From the NCBI RefSeq assembly GCF_001194135.2, contig NC_068987.1, positions 11,088,588 to 11,152,587 of the forward strand: a stretch of DNA of 64,000 nucleotides, read 5' to 3'. Below, piece after piece: positions 50,741 through 63,705 of the stretch. The notes under the pieces were generated by a model, which saw only the letters and a list, made by a program, of their open reading frames with translations, was not told the DNA's origin and made no database searches. Each line of letters starts with the position of its first letter. The first letter of the stretch is position 1. A program made the translations under genes and the position numbers. The DNA is from Octopus bimaculoides. Lineage: Eukaryota.

Positions 50741-51664
50741 CGCAGCAAAAGCAGTAACTATAGGAAATCAATATTTGAAATAGAAAAGTAAAAAAAAAAA
50801 CAAAAACAAAACAAAACAAAATCTATTTAAACTGCTTGTAAACTGGAGAGACTTCATACTAACCAACCTAGAACGTTGTTTCTGATGTCCAAATGCTTGT
50901 TGGTTTTGCTAGGAACTGCTAGGTTACCAAGAATGCATAGAAACCATATTTACTAATATATCAAGGAAGAGCCTTAGCAACGAAGAAATGTGACTCCATA
51001 AATGCTCCATGTTACAAAACTTTTTTCACCTTATTGTTACCTGTTGGCAGAGATATTTTGAAAGTATTTAAACCTTTTTGATATCAACCTACCTGAGACA
51101 GGTCTTGGTTTTTTTTTTGTTTGTTTGTTTTTTTATGATACAAACTTAGTTGTTGTAGAGTGATCTAAATTCTTTTTATTCTTTTGCTTGTTTTGGTCAT
51201 TTCACTGTGGCCATGCTGGAGCGCTGCCTTGAGGGTTGGGTGGGTTGGGGGGTTTAGTCAAGCAAATCAACCCNNNNNNNNNNNNNNNNNNNNNNNNNNN
51301 NNNNNNNNNNNNNNNNNNNNNNNNNNNNNNNNNNNNNNNNNNNNNNNNNNNNNNNNNNNNNNNNNNNNNNNNNNNNNNNNNNNNNNNNNNNNNNNNNNNN
51401 NNNNNNNNNNNNNNNNNNNNNNNNNNNNNNNNNNNNNNNNNNNNNNNNNNNNNNNNNNNNNNNNNNNNNNNNNNNNNNNNNNNNNNNNNNNNNNNNNNNN
51501 NNNNNNNNNNNNNNNNNNNNNNTAATTTATCCAATAATTCTGCTGTTCTAATGGCGTCTCGGCATTCAAAAATAAATTATTGTCTTATTTGTATCTATAT
51601 ACACATTGCAGCTCTTTATAATATATATATATATATATATATATAGTGTGTGTGTCTGTGTTCG

Positions 51665-51810
51665 ACCCCCAAACTTTGCTTTTCATCCTTTTGGGGTCAA
51701 TAAATTAAGTACCAGTTACGCACTGGGGTCGATGTAATTGACTTAATCCCTTTGTCTGTCCTTGTTTGTCCCCTCTATGTTTGTCCCCTTGTGGGCAATA
51801 GAGAAATAAG
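51665..51810 (+). mobile_element. SINE family E 3' part
   Basis: Near-identical to 46915-47050. Confidence 0.8.
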
Positions 51811-52768
51811 AACTATGGTAATGACAGGCTTAGCTTGAAATTTCCCAATCAAAACTCTGTTGGTTGTACATTATGGGTTTTAGCTGACTAAAGAAACAAC
51901 TATCTACTTTAATATTTTATGGAATTCAGAGCTACAGTCAGAATGGTAAAGCTACTCAAAGCTCATTAATTGTAAAATTTAGACAGGTATTTTTAATAAT
52001 CAGATGTTTACTTCACCTCTGGATCCAGTGTTAGTCATTGGCCAACTTTTTTGCTGTGGCCGTTATTTTGGCAACAGTTACAATGAATCACGTTCTCAAA
52101 CATGGCTACTGATGCAGGGTAAGGATATGTTGTTGAGAAAATTTAGATGCAGGCGGAACAGTTTACATCGCGATTCTTTCTTTGGTTCAGTCAACGAACA
52201 CCACGTGTTTTGAGATGGAAATTAGCTGTAACTGCTATTTATAGCATTGGCCATCGTGTAATATCCGTCTGGTCAGAGAATTTTCTTCAATGTTTTTCTT
52301 GGCTCTTGATGAACTCAAAGTTAGTCCTTGGTTCATATTGCTATGTGAACACTTTCAGAGGATACAGTTTAGAAAATATAATATACAGGTCTTGCAGCTT
52401 GTTTGATGGTTACAGAATTTGGCAACCTTCTCTCTATTGTGTTTTGTATTGTGTATGGTAGTTGTGGTGGTGGAGTTACTTGAACAGGAGCTAATTTCTG
52501 AAAAGAAAGTATATATATATATATACCGGAGTAAGCACATAAATGTGAAACAAGGTGAAAAAAAGAGTACTCAAATACCAGAGGTAGAGTAATATGCTTT
52601 ATTTAAAAGCACGGGAACGTGAAGCTCTGAGTAACAGCTTTTGTTATATTTCTGCTGTTTTTAAATAAAGTATATATATATATATGTGTGTGTGTATGTA
52701 TGTATATATAAACTCTTTGTATTATATATACATATGTGTATAAGTATATACGTGTGTGTGTGTGTGTG

Positions 52769-52816
<48 letters not shown>

Positions 52817-52849
52817 GCCAAAGTTCTTAGAAGTTCTCTAATCAATGCA

Positions 52850-53110
52850 ACAGCCTGTTGATGAAATAAATGTGCAAGTGGCTGAGCACTCCACAGACAT
52901 GTGTACCCTTAATGTAGCTCACAGGGAGATTCAGCATGACACAGAATGTGGCAAGGACGACCCATTGAATTACAGGTACTACTCATTTTTGCCAGCTGAG
53001 TGGACTGGAGCAACATGAAATAAAGTGTCTTGCTCAAGGACTCAACATGCTGCCAGGAATTGAACTCACATTTGTTAGCTGACTACCCTAACCACTAGAC
53101 CACATGCTTT
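52850..53110 (-). mobile_element. SINE family D1, degenerate
   Basis: Reverse complement of the 38003-38290 body. Confidence 0.8.
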
Positions 53111-53154
53111 CACTCTTACAATTTTTAGTTGTAATCCTGTGAAAGAGTAAAAGG

Positions 53155-53490
53155 TATAGACCCCCTTTGGTCATGAATGACTATGGGATTGCACCTAGAA
53201 AGTTACCCTCTGAGGCACAAGTCCGGGCAAGGTTGTTTATGGAAGACCAGCAGTCGCCCATGCATACCAGCTTCCCCCCTCCATGCCACCGATGTTATCC
53301 AAGGGAAAGGCAAAGGCCAAGGGAGCTTGGCACCAGTGACACCACAACTCATTTCTGCAATTGAGTGAACTCTAGCAACATGAAATAAAGTGCCTTGCTC
53401 AGGAACACAACACACAGCCTGGTCCGGGAATCGAGCTCACAACCTCATGATTGTGAGCCCGATGCTCTAACCACTGAGCCATGTGCCCAC
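53155..53490 (-). mobile_element. SINE with D1-type head and a different 3' module
   Basis: GGCACATGGCTCAGTGGTTAGAGC head, then unique 3' part ending GACCAAAGGGGGTC. Confidence 0.8.
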
Positions 53491-54595
53491 ACTGTAATCC
53501 TGTATAGTACTATTTTATCCTTTTTAGGAATCTTCAGTATGACGTATTCATTAATTAGATATATAACAAAGAGAGAGAGAACGTTACAGTAAAATTGATG
53601 GTGAAATTAATTACAGAGAAAATTCATGGGTGTTTTCTTAATATTTCTTCATTGAATATTGTAAGTTTTGGAATTGAGAGAGCGCAAGAGAAAGCATCTA
53701 TAGTGTTTCGTCTTAGTAAGATTATTTAGAATAATTTATCTGTCGACATAAGGAATATGATATGGAATTTTTGTGTAATATATTTAGTATATTAACTTCA
53801 CTCATTCGATAAGTTTACTTGCATATGAATGAGGTGATTGTATATAGCTAGGAACTTTTACGTATATACATTTTTTTTTTATTTATTTTGAAATTAAACA
53901 AGTTTCAGAAATATCTATTATAAATCACTGTTAAAATCCAAACAGTAAACCGTTTGCTAATATAAATCGCCTTTAGCAATCATACAGTTTACCAGATGAA
54001 ATCAGTTGAAAAGGAATCTTGAATAATAAAAGCTGTGCAGGTGTGGTGAATTCTTTGAAATTAGTGTGACAAGCCAGGCATGTTATAAAATTCTGATGCA
54101 TTTCCTGTTCTGAACCAAGCGATTTAGTTTATGCGATGAGGAGAATTGATATATTTTTATACCTTCTCTTAAATAGACATCCATGCATAGTATACTTTTG
54201 ATCTTTTCTCTTGCCAGCTCATATTTTCTGTGACTTGCTACCTAATTATTATTAGTGTCTTGATATATTTTAACGAGAGCATCACTAATTTCGGGTTTTA
54301 TCCACAGTTCTGCATTTACTGACCTGAGTCTGTGTCAGTATCACTGGCAGCCAGGAAATATCAATCTTTCTTTTTAATGCTTACAGGAACTTGAATTAAA
54401 TGTTTAAACTCTGTTGATCCTCATGAACAGACTGTCTACCTCTACGTGCTATGTTTAATTGTATTCATACCCTTGGATACGATTGTGTCCCAGGTATGGC
54501 CACAGCCCAGTGACTGCCAACTGTAAAAGAGACACACATGCACTGCTGCCACCACCACCACCATCTTCTTCTTATCATCATCATCATTATTATTA

Positions 54596-54790
54596 TTATT
54601 ACCTCCACCTTAGTAAAGGCGGAAGTATTGTTTCCAGTCGTGTTTCTTTGTTTGTTTGTCCGCGGACAAGATATCTCAAGAACCGCTGGATGGATTCGGA
54701 TGACACTTTCAGGGATGTTTGGCCTCATAACTGGCACGAACTGACTATATTTTGAGATTGATCCAGTACCGGACAAGGATTCTGGAATAT
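54596..54790 (+). mobile_element. Helentron/DINE-1 (HINE)-like non-autonomous element, 5' part
   Basis: TTATTACCTCCACC followed by inverted partner GGCGGAAGTA (short hairpin), (GTTT)n microsatellite, GATATCTCAAGAAC motif. Confidence 0.5.
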
Positions 54791-55512
54791 TTGTTATATT
54801 TAATTTACTTTACATGATTATGATCTTACGTTGACTTTCAAGTCTTTCTCAATTATCTCCCTTTAGGCTATTTCCAAAGCCTTATTTTCGTTTCTCTGTC
54901 ATTAATTTTACTCGCGTTTCTATCTTAGTGGAAAATGATGGATAAAGAAATCAAACTACATAAACAAACAACAGCAAAACCGTTCAGAAATTAAATAACA
55001 CTAACATATTTTTATAATATATATATTATATATTATACATACATATTAACAATTTACAGTATACTTACGTATATACATACATCTATACATCAATCTAAAA
55101 CAACAGGAATACTAAAGGAAGGCCGGAAGTTAAGAGAAGAGAAAACCAAAAGGTCTCATGCTATTCATTTAAATATTCCTGAGTAGAACTTATTATTACC
55201 TTCACCTTTGAAACTATTTTGAATGGTAACACTACCACCACCACAACCACAATAACTACCCCTACCACCAGAATCAACGACTACCGAAGAAAAAAAATAA
55301 TAAATGAGTGGAAATCGGACCGGTGTGTGTGTTAATTAATAGGCATTAAAACAGAGTGACTCTTCCCAGACACAATAATATATATAATATGTAAATGTCG
55401 AGCAATGAGACTGAGTGCTCAACACCACATTGGTGGATAATTTTTTTATTTGTGCATTAAGGCTACCATTTGTTTCATGTTAATAAGAACATCTTAATTT
55501 TTCAAGCTGATC

Positions 55513-55555
<43 letters not shown>

Positions 55556-55564
55556 CACACGTAA

Positions 55565-55950
55565 TAGGCACAAGAGTGGTTGTGTGATAAGAAGCTTGCT
55601 TCCCAACCACATGGTTCTGGGTTCAGTCCTACTGTGTGGCACCTTGTAGAAGTGTCTTCTATTATAGCCTTGGGCCAACCAAAGCCTTGTGAGTGGATTT
55701 GGTGAACAGAAACTGAAAGAAGCTTGTCGTGTGTGTGTGTGTGTGTGTTTGTCCCCCGCCCCACTATCGCTTGATAACTGATGTTGGTGTGTTTACGTCC
55801 CCATAACATTAGCGGTTCGGCAAAAGGAGTCCGATAGAATAAGTACTAGGCTTACAAAGAACAAGTCCTGGGGTTGATTTGTTCGACTAAAGGTGGTGCT
55901 CCAGCATGGCCACAGTCAAATGACTGACACAAGTAAATGAATAAATGAAT
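55565..55950 (+). mobile_element. SINE family A, full length
   Basis: Head to tail, followed by (GATA)n. Confidence 0.9.
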
Positions 55951-55957
55951 ATAGTGT

Positions 55958-55960
55958 GTG

Positions 55961-55993
<33 letters not shown>

Positions 55994-56006
55994 GGATGGA
56001 TAGATG

Positions 56007-56071
<65 letters not shown>

Positions 56072-56098
56072 GTTGATAGATAGATAGATAGATAGATA
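55958..56098. repeat. (GATA)n tetranucleotide repeat
   Basis: Long GATA run with a few GGTA/GATG variants. Confidence 0.95.
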
Positions 56099-58036
56099 TA
56101 CAATGTATATGCATATAAGAATATGTCTGTGTGTTTGTATATGACTGTGCTTTGTGTTTATATAGGAACTCACCCCCTTACATACCCACGTGTGCGCCTG
56201 CTTGTGTTCGTGTGTACACACACAAGTGTAGTCAATCAGGGTGAAAGCCTTCCTTCTGTAGAGAATAAGCGAGATATCTGTGTCTGTGTGATATAACCGA
56301 AAGGTTGGACGGAAAGTGTTTTTTTAGTAAGTATCGGTTATAATATACACTTGCACTTATCACGACTCACATAACATAATTATCTCATTAATTTTCTTTG
56401 GTGATCTGATAGCTAGTGAAAGCATCTTCAAACACTGGGAAACAAACCCCAAATTTACACTATTAGTCCCCAGCATCAACACCACTAACACTTCTCTGTC
56501 TTCCCTATCGGCTTTTGGGGTTTTTTTCTTCATAAATTGTATTGTATTGATACACTAACACTAATAAAGCAAGCCCTTTAGTGCGCGGCTATTTTATATA
56601 ACTAGTTGCCAACAAACCGTTTAACACTAGTCCTTTTTTGTGTTTTGCTTTATTTTCTAAAACTGGAAGAATGAAAAGATCTAGTTTCTACCCCACATCT
56701 TTCTACACAATAAAAATATAAACTAAGAAAAGAAATTAAACCTCCAGCAGTCAGTTGATTATGAAAGCTATAGCATTAAACAAGTACTGCCTACCTATCT
56801 CTCTTTCTCCCTATCTATCTGTGTGTCTTTCTGTCCATCTACTCTCTCTCTCTCTCTCTCTCTCATTCTCGTATTTGGTTGGAATGCAGTATTTTTGTTT
56901 TTCAGGCCTTTAAACACTGTTAGTGTCTCTAAGCAACTGTAGCTGTTTATTGATGTTTTTTCCACCATCACCACCTCCTCTCCATTTCACTATGTCAGAC
57001 TTAAAAATCTCTGGTGGAGATGGTCAGTGCACTGATGTATATATATCATATATTTTATACATATACATACATACATACATGTTTGTGCGCGTGTGTGTAT
57101 GTATATATATATATATANNNNNNNNNNNNNNNNNNNNNNNNNNNNNNNNNNNNNNNNNNNNNNNNNNNNNNNNNNNNNNNNNNNNNNNNNNNNNNNNNNN
57201 NNNNNNNNNNNNNNNNNNNNNNNNNNNNNNNNNNNNNNNNNNNNNNNNNNNNNNNNNNNNNNNNNNNNNNNNNNNNNNNNNNNNNNNNNNNNNNNNNNNN
57301 NNNNNNNNNNNNNNNNNNNNNNNNNNNNNNNNNNNNNNNNNNNNNNNNNNNNNNNNNNNNNNNNNNNNNNNNNNNNNNNNNNNNNNNNNNNNNNNNNNNN
57401 NNNNNNNNNNNNNNNNNNNNNNNNNNNNNNNNNNNNNNNNNNNNNNNNNNNNNNNNNNNNNNNNNNNNNNNNNNNNNNNNNNNNNNNNNNNNNNNNNNNN
57501 NNNNNNNNNNNNNNNNNNNNNNNNNNNNNNNNNNNNNNNNNNNNNNNNNNNNNNNNNNNNNNNNNNNNNNNNNNNNNNNNNNNNNNNNNNNNNNNNNNNN
57601 NNNNNNNNNNNNNNNNNNNNNNNNNNNNNNNNNNNNNNNNNNNNNNNNNNNNNNNNNNNNNNNNNNNNNNNNNNNNNNNNNNNNNNNNNNNNNNNNNNNN
57701 NNNNNNNNNNNNNNNNNNNNNNNNNNNNNNNNNNNNNNNNNNNNNNNNNNNNNNNNNNNNNNNNNNNNNNNNNNNNNNNNNNNNNNNNNNNNNNNNNNNN
57801 NNNNNNNNNNNNNNNNNNNNNNNNNNNNNNNNNNNNNNNNNNNNNNNNNNNNNNNNNNNNNNNNNNNNNNNNNNNNNNNNNNNNNNNNNNNNNNNNNNNN
57901 NNNNNNNNNNNNNNNNNNNNNNNNNNNNNNNNNNNNNNNNNNNNNNNNNNNNNNNNNNNNNNNNNNNNNNNNNNNNNNNNNNNNNNNNNNNNNNNNNNNN
58001 NNTATATCGTTACATACATTATATGATATCCTATGT

Positions 58037-58430
58037 GCATGGCTGTGGGGTTTAAAAGTTTTGCTTCCCAACCATGTGGTTTCGGGTTCAGTCCCACTGC
58101 GCAGCACCTTGGGCAAGCATCTTCTACTATAGAGCTCTTGAATAGATTTGATATGTGGAAACGGAAAGGAGCCTGTCATGTGTTTGTGTGAGTGTGTTTG
58201 TGTCTGTTTGTCTCCATGTGTTGACATCATGTGACAGATGTAAAGCAGTATCATTCATTTTGAATATTCTGTGGAACATGTCTGACGGTGGGGGGAAATA
58301 TTACTTTACTTGAAAACAAGAGTTGGTGACAGGAAGGGCATCCAGCCATAGCAAATCTGCTTCAAGCTAAGTTGTTCACTCTATACCAGCATGGAAAAAT
58401 AATGACATAGAATGATGATGGTGGTGGTAT
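58037..58430 (+). mobile_element. SINE with family A head and RTE-type (GAT)n tail
   Basis: A head and body to 58200, then GTTGGTGACAGGAAGGGCATCCAGCC...GATGATG. Confidence 0.7.
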
Positions 58431-58544
58431 ATTTTTTAAAAAGTGGTTGTTTGATATTTTTTGTTTTCCCATGAGTATTTCAATTTTTCATCAGTTATTC
58501 CTTGACCTGAGCGATGTACAGTCACAATAGCCTTTTTGTTTACA

Positions 58545-58920
58545 CCATACATATATATATAAACACCAACGCACATACATACATATGCACAAACACCAAC
58601 ACACATATACACAATCACCAACACGCATACATACATACACACAAACACCAACACACATATATACACGAACACCAACACATACATATACACAAACCCAACA
58701 TACATACATACATATACACAAACGCCAACACGTACATATACACAAACCCAACACACATACACACATAAACAAACACCAAGACATACATATACACAAACAC
58801 CAACACACACACATATACACAAACACCAACACACACACACATACACAAACACCAACACACATACATACATACATATACACAAACACCAACACACATGCAT
58901 ACACACCAACACCTACACAC
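58545..58920. repeat. ACACAAACACCAAC(AC/AT)n minisatellite
   Basis: More than ten variant units. Confidence 0.9.
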
Positions 58921-59092
58921 ATTTTATTTGAAGTTAAATGTAAAAAACTTAATGAGAAACTGAAGGATTATTCACTACATGTTAAGTTTTACAAGAAAAC
59001 TTCTAAATCAATGAATGTGTGTGAAGAGCATTGTAATTTGTTTGAAGCATTGTAGTGAAAAATAATTGTTGCAAGCTTTCCTCATTTCTCAT

Positions 59093-59320
59093 TTAACTCT
59101 TTAGCATTCAAATTACTCTATCAAATGCATTGTTTATTTATTCACGTTGTTTTGAATTAGTCATGCATTATCTTGTAGCTTCAAGATTTCAATGGTGTGT
59201 TTGTATATTTTTAGAATGACATTGTAGGGTCGGTGTGAGAGGCTGGATCTGGTCGGTTTTAACATAAAACAGGTAGAATATCTGGGCTAGATATGGCCAG
59301 ATTAAATGCTAAAGGGTTAA
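59093..59320 (+). mobile_element. piggyBac-like MITE family 1
   Basis: TTAA|CTCTTTAGCATT...AATGCTAAAGGG|TTAA. Confidence 0.8.
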
Positions 59321-59444
59321 AATAGACATTGGAGCTTGATGCAGTCCTTGAACACATCGAAACCTGTCAAACTATCGAACCTGTCCCAGCGTGGAACATT
59401 GACTTTAAATTATGATGATGATATTGATGATGACAAACTCTTTC

Positions 59445-59667
59445 AACTCTTTTACTTGTTTCAATCATTTGACTGCGGCCGTGCTGGAGCACTGCCTTTA
59501 GTTGAGCAAATCGACCCCATGACTTATTCTTTGTAAGCCTAGTACTTATTCTATCGGTCTCTTTTGCCGAACTGCTAAGTTACGGGGACGCAAACACACC
59601 AGCATCGGTTGTCAAGTGATGTTGGGGGGACACAGACACACAAACATATACACACACATACATACAT

Positions 59668-59704
<37 letters not shown>

Positions 59705-60111
59705 NNNNNNNNNNNNNNNNNNNNNNNNNNNNNNNNNNNNNNNNNNNNNNNNNNNNNNNNNNNNNNNNNNNNNNNNNNNNNNNNNTATACACACACACAC
59801 ATATATATATGATGGGCTTCTTTCAGTTTCATCATCATCATCATTGTTTAATGTCCGCTTTCCATGCTAGTATGGGTTGGACGATTTGACTGAGGACTGG
59901 TGGACCAGGTGGCTACACCAGGCTCCAATCTGATTTGGCTGAGTTTCTACAGCTGGATGCCCTTCTTTCGTCTACCAAATCCACTCACAAGGCTTTGGTT
60001 GGCCCGAGGCTATAGCAGAAGACACTTGCCCAAGGTGCTACACAGTGGGACTGAACCCAGAGCTATGTGGTTGGTAGGCAAGCTACTTACCACACAGCCA
60101 GTCCTGCACCT
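59445..60111 (-). mobile_element. SINE family A interrupted by an RTE-tail element (about 59830-59965)
   Basis: A body CAGTTTC|...|TTTCGTCTACC split by a (CAT)n-tailed fragment. Confidence 0.85.
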
Positions 60112-60956
60112 ATTCTGTTCTCAAAATAATGTTTTTAAATGGTTATTTAAAAAAAAATCGTTCTTTAAATATTGTGAATGTATTAAGTATATATTACAAA
60201 GACTTGTAAATGTATATGTAGATGTATTTACATATACATACATGTATATGTGTGTCTGTGTACAGATATATAATATATATACATGCACTCACACACACAC
60301 ATATTCCAATAAAAAGAGTGCTGTGTTCATATGCATCTATGTTTATTCACACTATTACTTACTATTTAGTGACTATTGGTAATCGTAAAATCCTTCTATT
60401 TTTGTATTATTTTTAAACATTCTGTAATAATAGATTTTTACTTCCATAATGCATTTCTCACTCAAAATCATGAGATTTTTTGGCAAAACACAATTTCTTA
60501 GTTTGATGGGAGCAAATTTTGTCAATTTTCTCCTGCGCTAAGCAGCAGATATTGGTTGGAGTTATTACATTTAATTCAACACATTATATATTCTTTATTT
60601 TAAAAACTGATGCTTGCTTATTTGGAATAATTCCAAAAACAAAAAAAGAATATGTTGGAACTGATGCAAATTAGTGCAGATGTTCTCTGTAATACAAGAT
60701 GTCTAAAACTAAAATAGGCTGAGAAACGCATGGGAGATGAAGAATTATGTGGTGGCTACAATGCTAAAGTACTGGGCTATCTATTAACCACACAGTTTTA
60801 TAGTTGTGAATTCAAGCCCATATCTTGGTAGATTTTTGATTTTATTTTCTTCCTGAATAGTAATATGTAATACATGTTTTTTCCTCTCTATTTTAGTGGT
60901 TGAGGTTTGCCAGCACTCTCTGGCATGATGCATATGTATGTGTGTATATGTATATG

Positions 60957-61008
<52 letters not shown>

Positions 61009-61134
61009 GCAGAATTTATCAGGATTAGGAATACGTGGGATATGAGCTACATATGTTTCTTAACTAGCTGAAGTTCATTATGTAAGTCTTATGCAACAAA
61101 CTCTCCTCATTGTGTATATGTGTGTACATGCATA

Positions 61135-61167
<33 letters not shown>

Positions 61168-61627
61168 NNNNNNNNNNNNNNNNNNNNNNNNNNNNNNNNN
61201 NNNNNNNNNNNNNNNNNNNNNNNNNNNNNNNNNNNNNNNNNNNNNNNNNNNNNNNNNNNNNNNNNNNNNNNNNNNNNNNNNNNNNNNNNNNNNNNNNNNN
61301 NNNNNNNNNNNNNNNNNNNNNNNNNNNNNNNNNNNNNNNNNNNNNNNNNNNNNNNNNNNNNNNNNNNNNNNNNNNNNNNNNNNNNNNNNNNNNNNNNNNN
61401 NNNNNNNNNNNNNNNNNNNNNNNNNNNNNNNNNNNNNNNNNNNNNNNNNNNNNNNNNNNNNNNNNNNNNNNNNNNNNNNNNNNNNNNNNNNNNNNNNNNN
61501 NNNNNNNNNNNNNNNNNNNNNNNNNNNNNNNNNNNNNNNNNNNNNNNNNNNNNNNNNNNNNNNNNNNNNNNNNNNNNNNNNNNNNNNNNNNNNNNNNNNN
61601 NNNNNNNNNNNNNTATATATATATATA

Positions 61628-61792
61628 TGTGTGCAGGAATGGCTGTGTGGTAAGAAACTTGTTTCCAAACCACATAGTTCCAGGTTCAGTCCCACTGTGC
61701 AGCACCTTGGGCAAGTGTCTTCTATTATAGCTTCAGGCTGACCAAAGCCTTGTGAGCAGATTTGGCAGACAGAAACTGAAAGAAGTGCATTG

Positions 61793-61835
<43 letters not shown>

Positions 61836-62018
61836 TTGTTTGCGCCCCCATCATCCATAATGACCGATGTGTTTACATCCCCACAACATAGCAGTTGTCA
61901 AAAGAGACCGATAGAATAAGTACTAGGCTTACAAAGAATAAGTCCTGAGGTCGATTTGTTCATCCAAAGGTGGTACTCCAGCATGGCCACAGTCAAATGA
62001 CTGAAACAAGTAAAAGAA
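61628..62018 (+). mobile_element. SINE family A, near full length
   Basis: GCAGGAATGGCTGTGTGG...GAAACAAGTAAAAGAAT. Confidence 0.9.
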
Positions 62019-62355
62019 TATATATATATATATATATATATAGGTGAGAAAGTTGGTATGTGAAAGCACGTGGTTGGATGTGTAAAAGATAATAAGAGTG
62101 AAAAATCTACAGAAGGCTTGTGTTACATGGTTAAAGTATATATTTAAATTATGTCAGAAAAATGTTATAAAAATGTTAGAAAAATGTTATAAAATCTTTT
62201 TGGTATATAAACATTGTATTTTTGAGAAATAACCGGTTTCGTGTTGTCTTTTGAAATTTCTCTACTTCATTGTAACGTGTTCGCTCCAGTCAATATATCA
62301 ACTGCATATATGCAGTGTATGAGTTTTGCTTGTTTGATTGTTTTCTCCCTCGTAG

Positions 62356-62399
62356 CACTGGGTGTTAAAACACCTGAAAGTCTTAGAAATCTTAGGCAG
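62356..62399 (+). CDS. Candidate 44-nt exon (HWVLKHLKVLEILG or LGVKTPESLRNLRQ)
   Basis: TTTTCTCCCTCGTAG acceptor and CAG|GTAAGA donor; two open frames. Confidence 0.45.
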
Positions 62400-62689
62400 G
62401 TAAGACAACTCACTCTCCAGACCCATTCAAAAGTAATGGATGCCAATATTTCTCATTTTTTGTAACTTATCTACATCTTTGTGTCCTTGAATCAAGCCAG
62501 GGACAAACTGAATCAGCAGCCTGTGACTATTTTGAAAATAGTGTAAGAACCATGTGCTGGTATGCCACTTCAATGTACACCTAAGATTAAATTCTAGTAC
62601 GATTTAAAAGCAGCGCTATTGTTGTAAACATTATCAATCACACATACTCAGTGTGTTTGTTCTGTTTGTTCACTGCAGTAAATATCTGT

Positions 62690-63085
62690 CTGGCTTCCCC
62701 GTGCTAGTGACATGTGCTAGTGCTAGTTTGAGCGTGATTGTTACCAGTGTCACCTCACTGGCATTTGTGCTGGTGGCACGTTAGAAAATCATTCGAGCGA
62801 GGTCGTTGCCAGTGTTGCTGGACTGGCTCCTGTGCGGGTGGCACGTAAAAAACACCATTTTGAGTGTGGTCGTTGACAGTACCGCCTGACTGACCCTCGT
62901 GCCTGTGGCATGTAAAAGCACCCACTACCTCTCAGAGTGGTTGGCGTTAGGAAGGGCATCCAGCTCTAGAAACTCTGCCAGATCAGATTGGAGCCTGGTG
63001 CAGCCATCCAATTCACCAGTCCTCAGTCAAATCGTCCAACGCATGCTAGCATGGAAAGTAGACGTTAAACGATGATGATGATGAT
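62690..63085 (+). mobile_element. RTE-tail SINE (family C), long form
   Basis: Central GGTGGCACGTAAAA units, then RTE-type 3' block and (GAT)n. Confidence 0.85.
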
Positions 63086-63214
63086 ATATATTTGTGTCTG
63101 TGTGTCTCTGTGAGCTGAGATTCACCATTGAACATGTCTTCACTTGTGTCCTCCATTCACTGTGTTTACCTCTGTCCCCATCTCTTAACCATCTGTCATT
63201 TTTCTTTCACACTC

Positions 63215-63420
63215 TTGTGAACTTACCCATTGCCACTTGACAACCAGTACTGGTTTGTTTACATCCCATATCTTAGTGGCCGGGCAAAAGAGATTGACAG
63301 AATATGTATCAGGCTTTAGTGAAATAAACCCCGGGGTTTGATTAATTTGACTAAACCTTTCAAAATATTGCCCCAGCATGGCCACTTTCCTGTAACCGAA
63401 ACTAGTAAAAGATAAAAGCC
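63215..63420 (+). mobile_element. SINE family A, degenerate 3' half
   Basis: CTTGACAACCAG...CCCCAGCATGGCC...AGTAAAAGATAAAA. Confidence 0.65.
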
Positions 63421-63674
63421 ATGTGTGTGCTACGCACATACAATTTGGAGGTACGGTTCTGTTAGATAAACAGTCAATTTTCTTACAATGGATAAAACTG
63501 GTCTCTGGTCTCTGGTATTGTTCTCGGGGATAAAAATATAAATTGGGCTATCATTGTTTGCGACTGTGAGCCTTGTTTTCATACATTTTTTTTCAGTTGG
63601 ATATAATTTGTGAAGACTAGTTCTTTATGTTAATCATTCACTTAACACAAAGTGTCCAGCAGGCTACCATGCGT

Positions 63675-63705
<31 letters not shown>

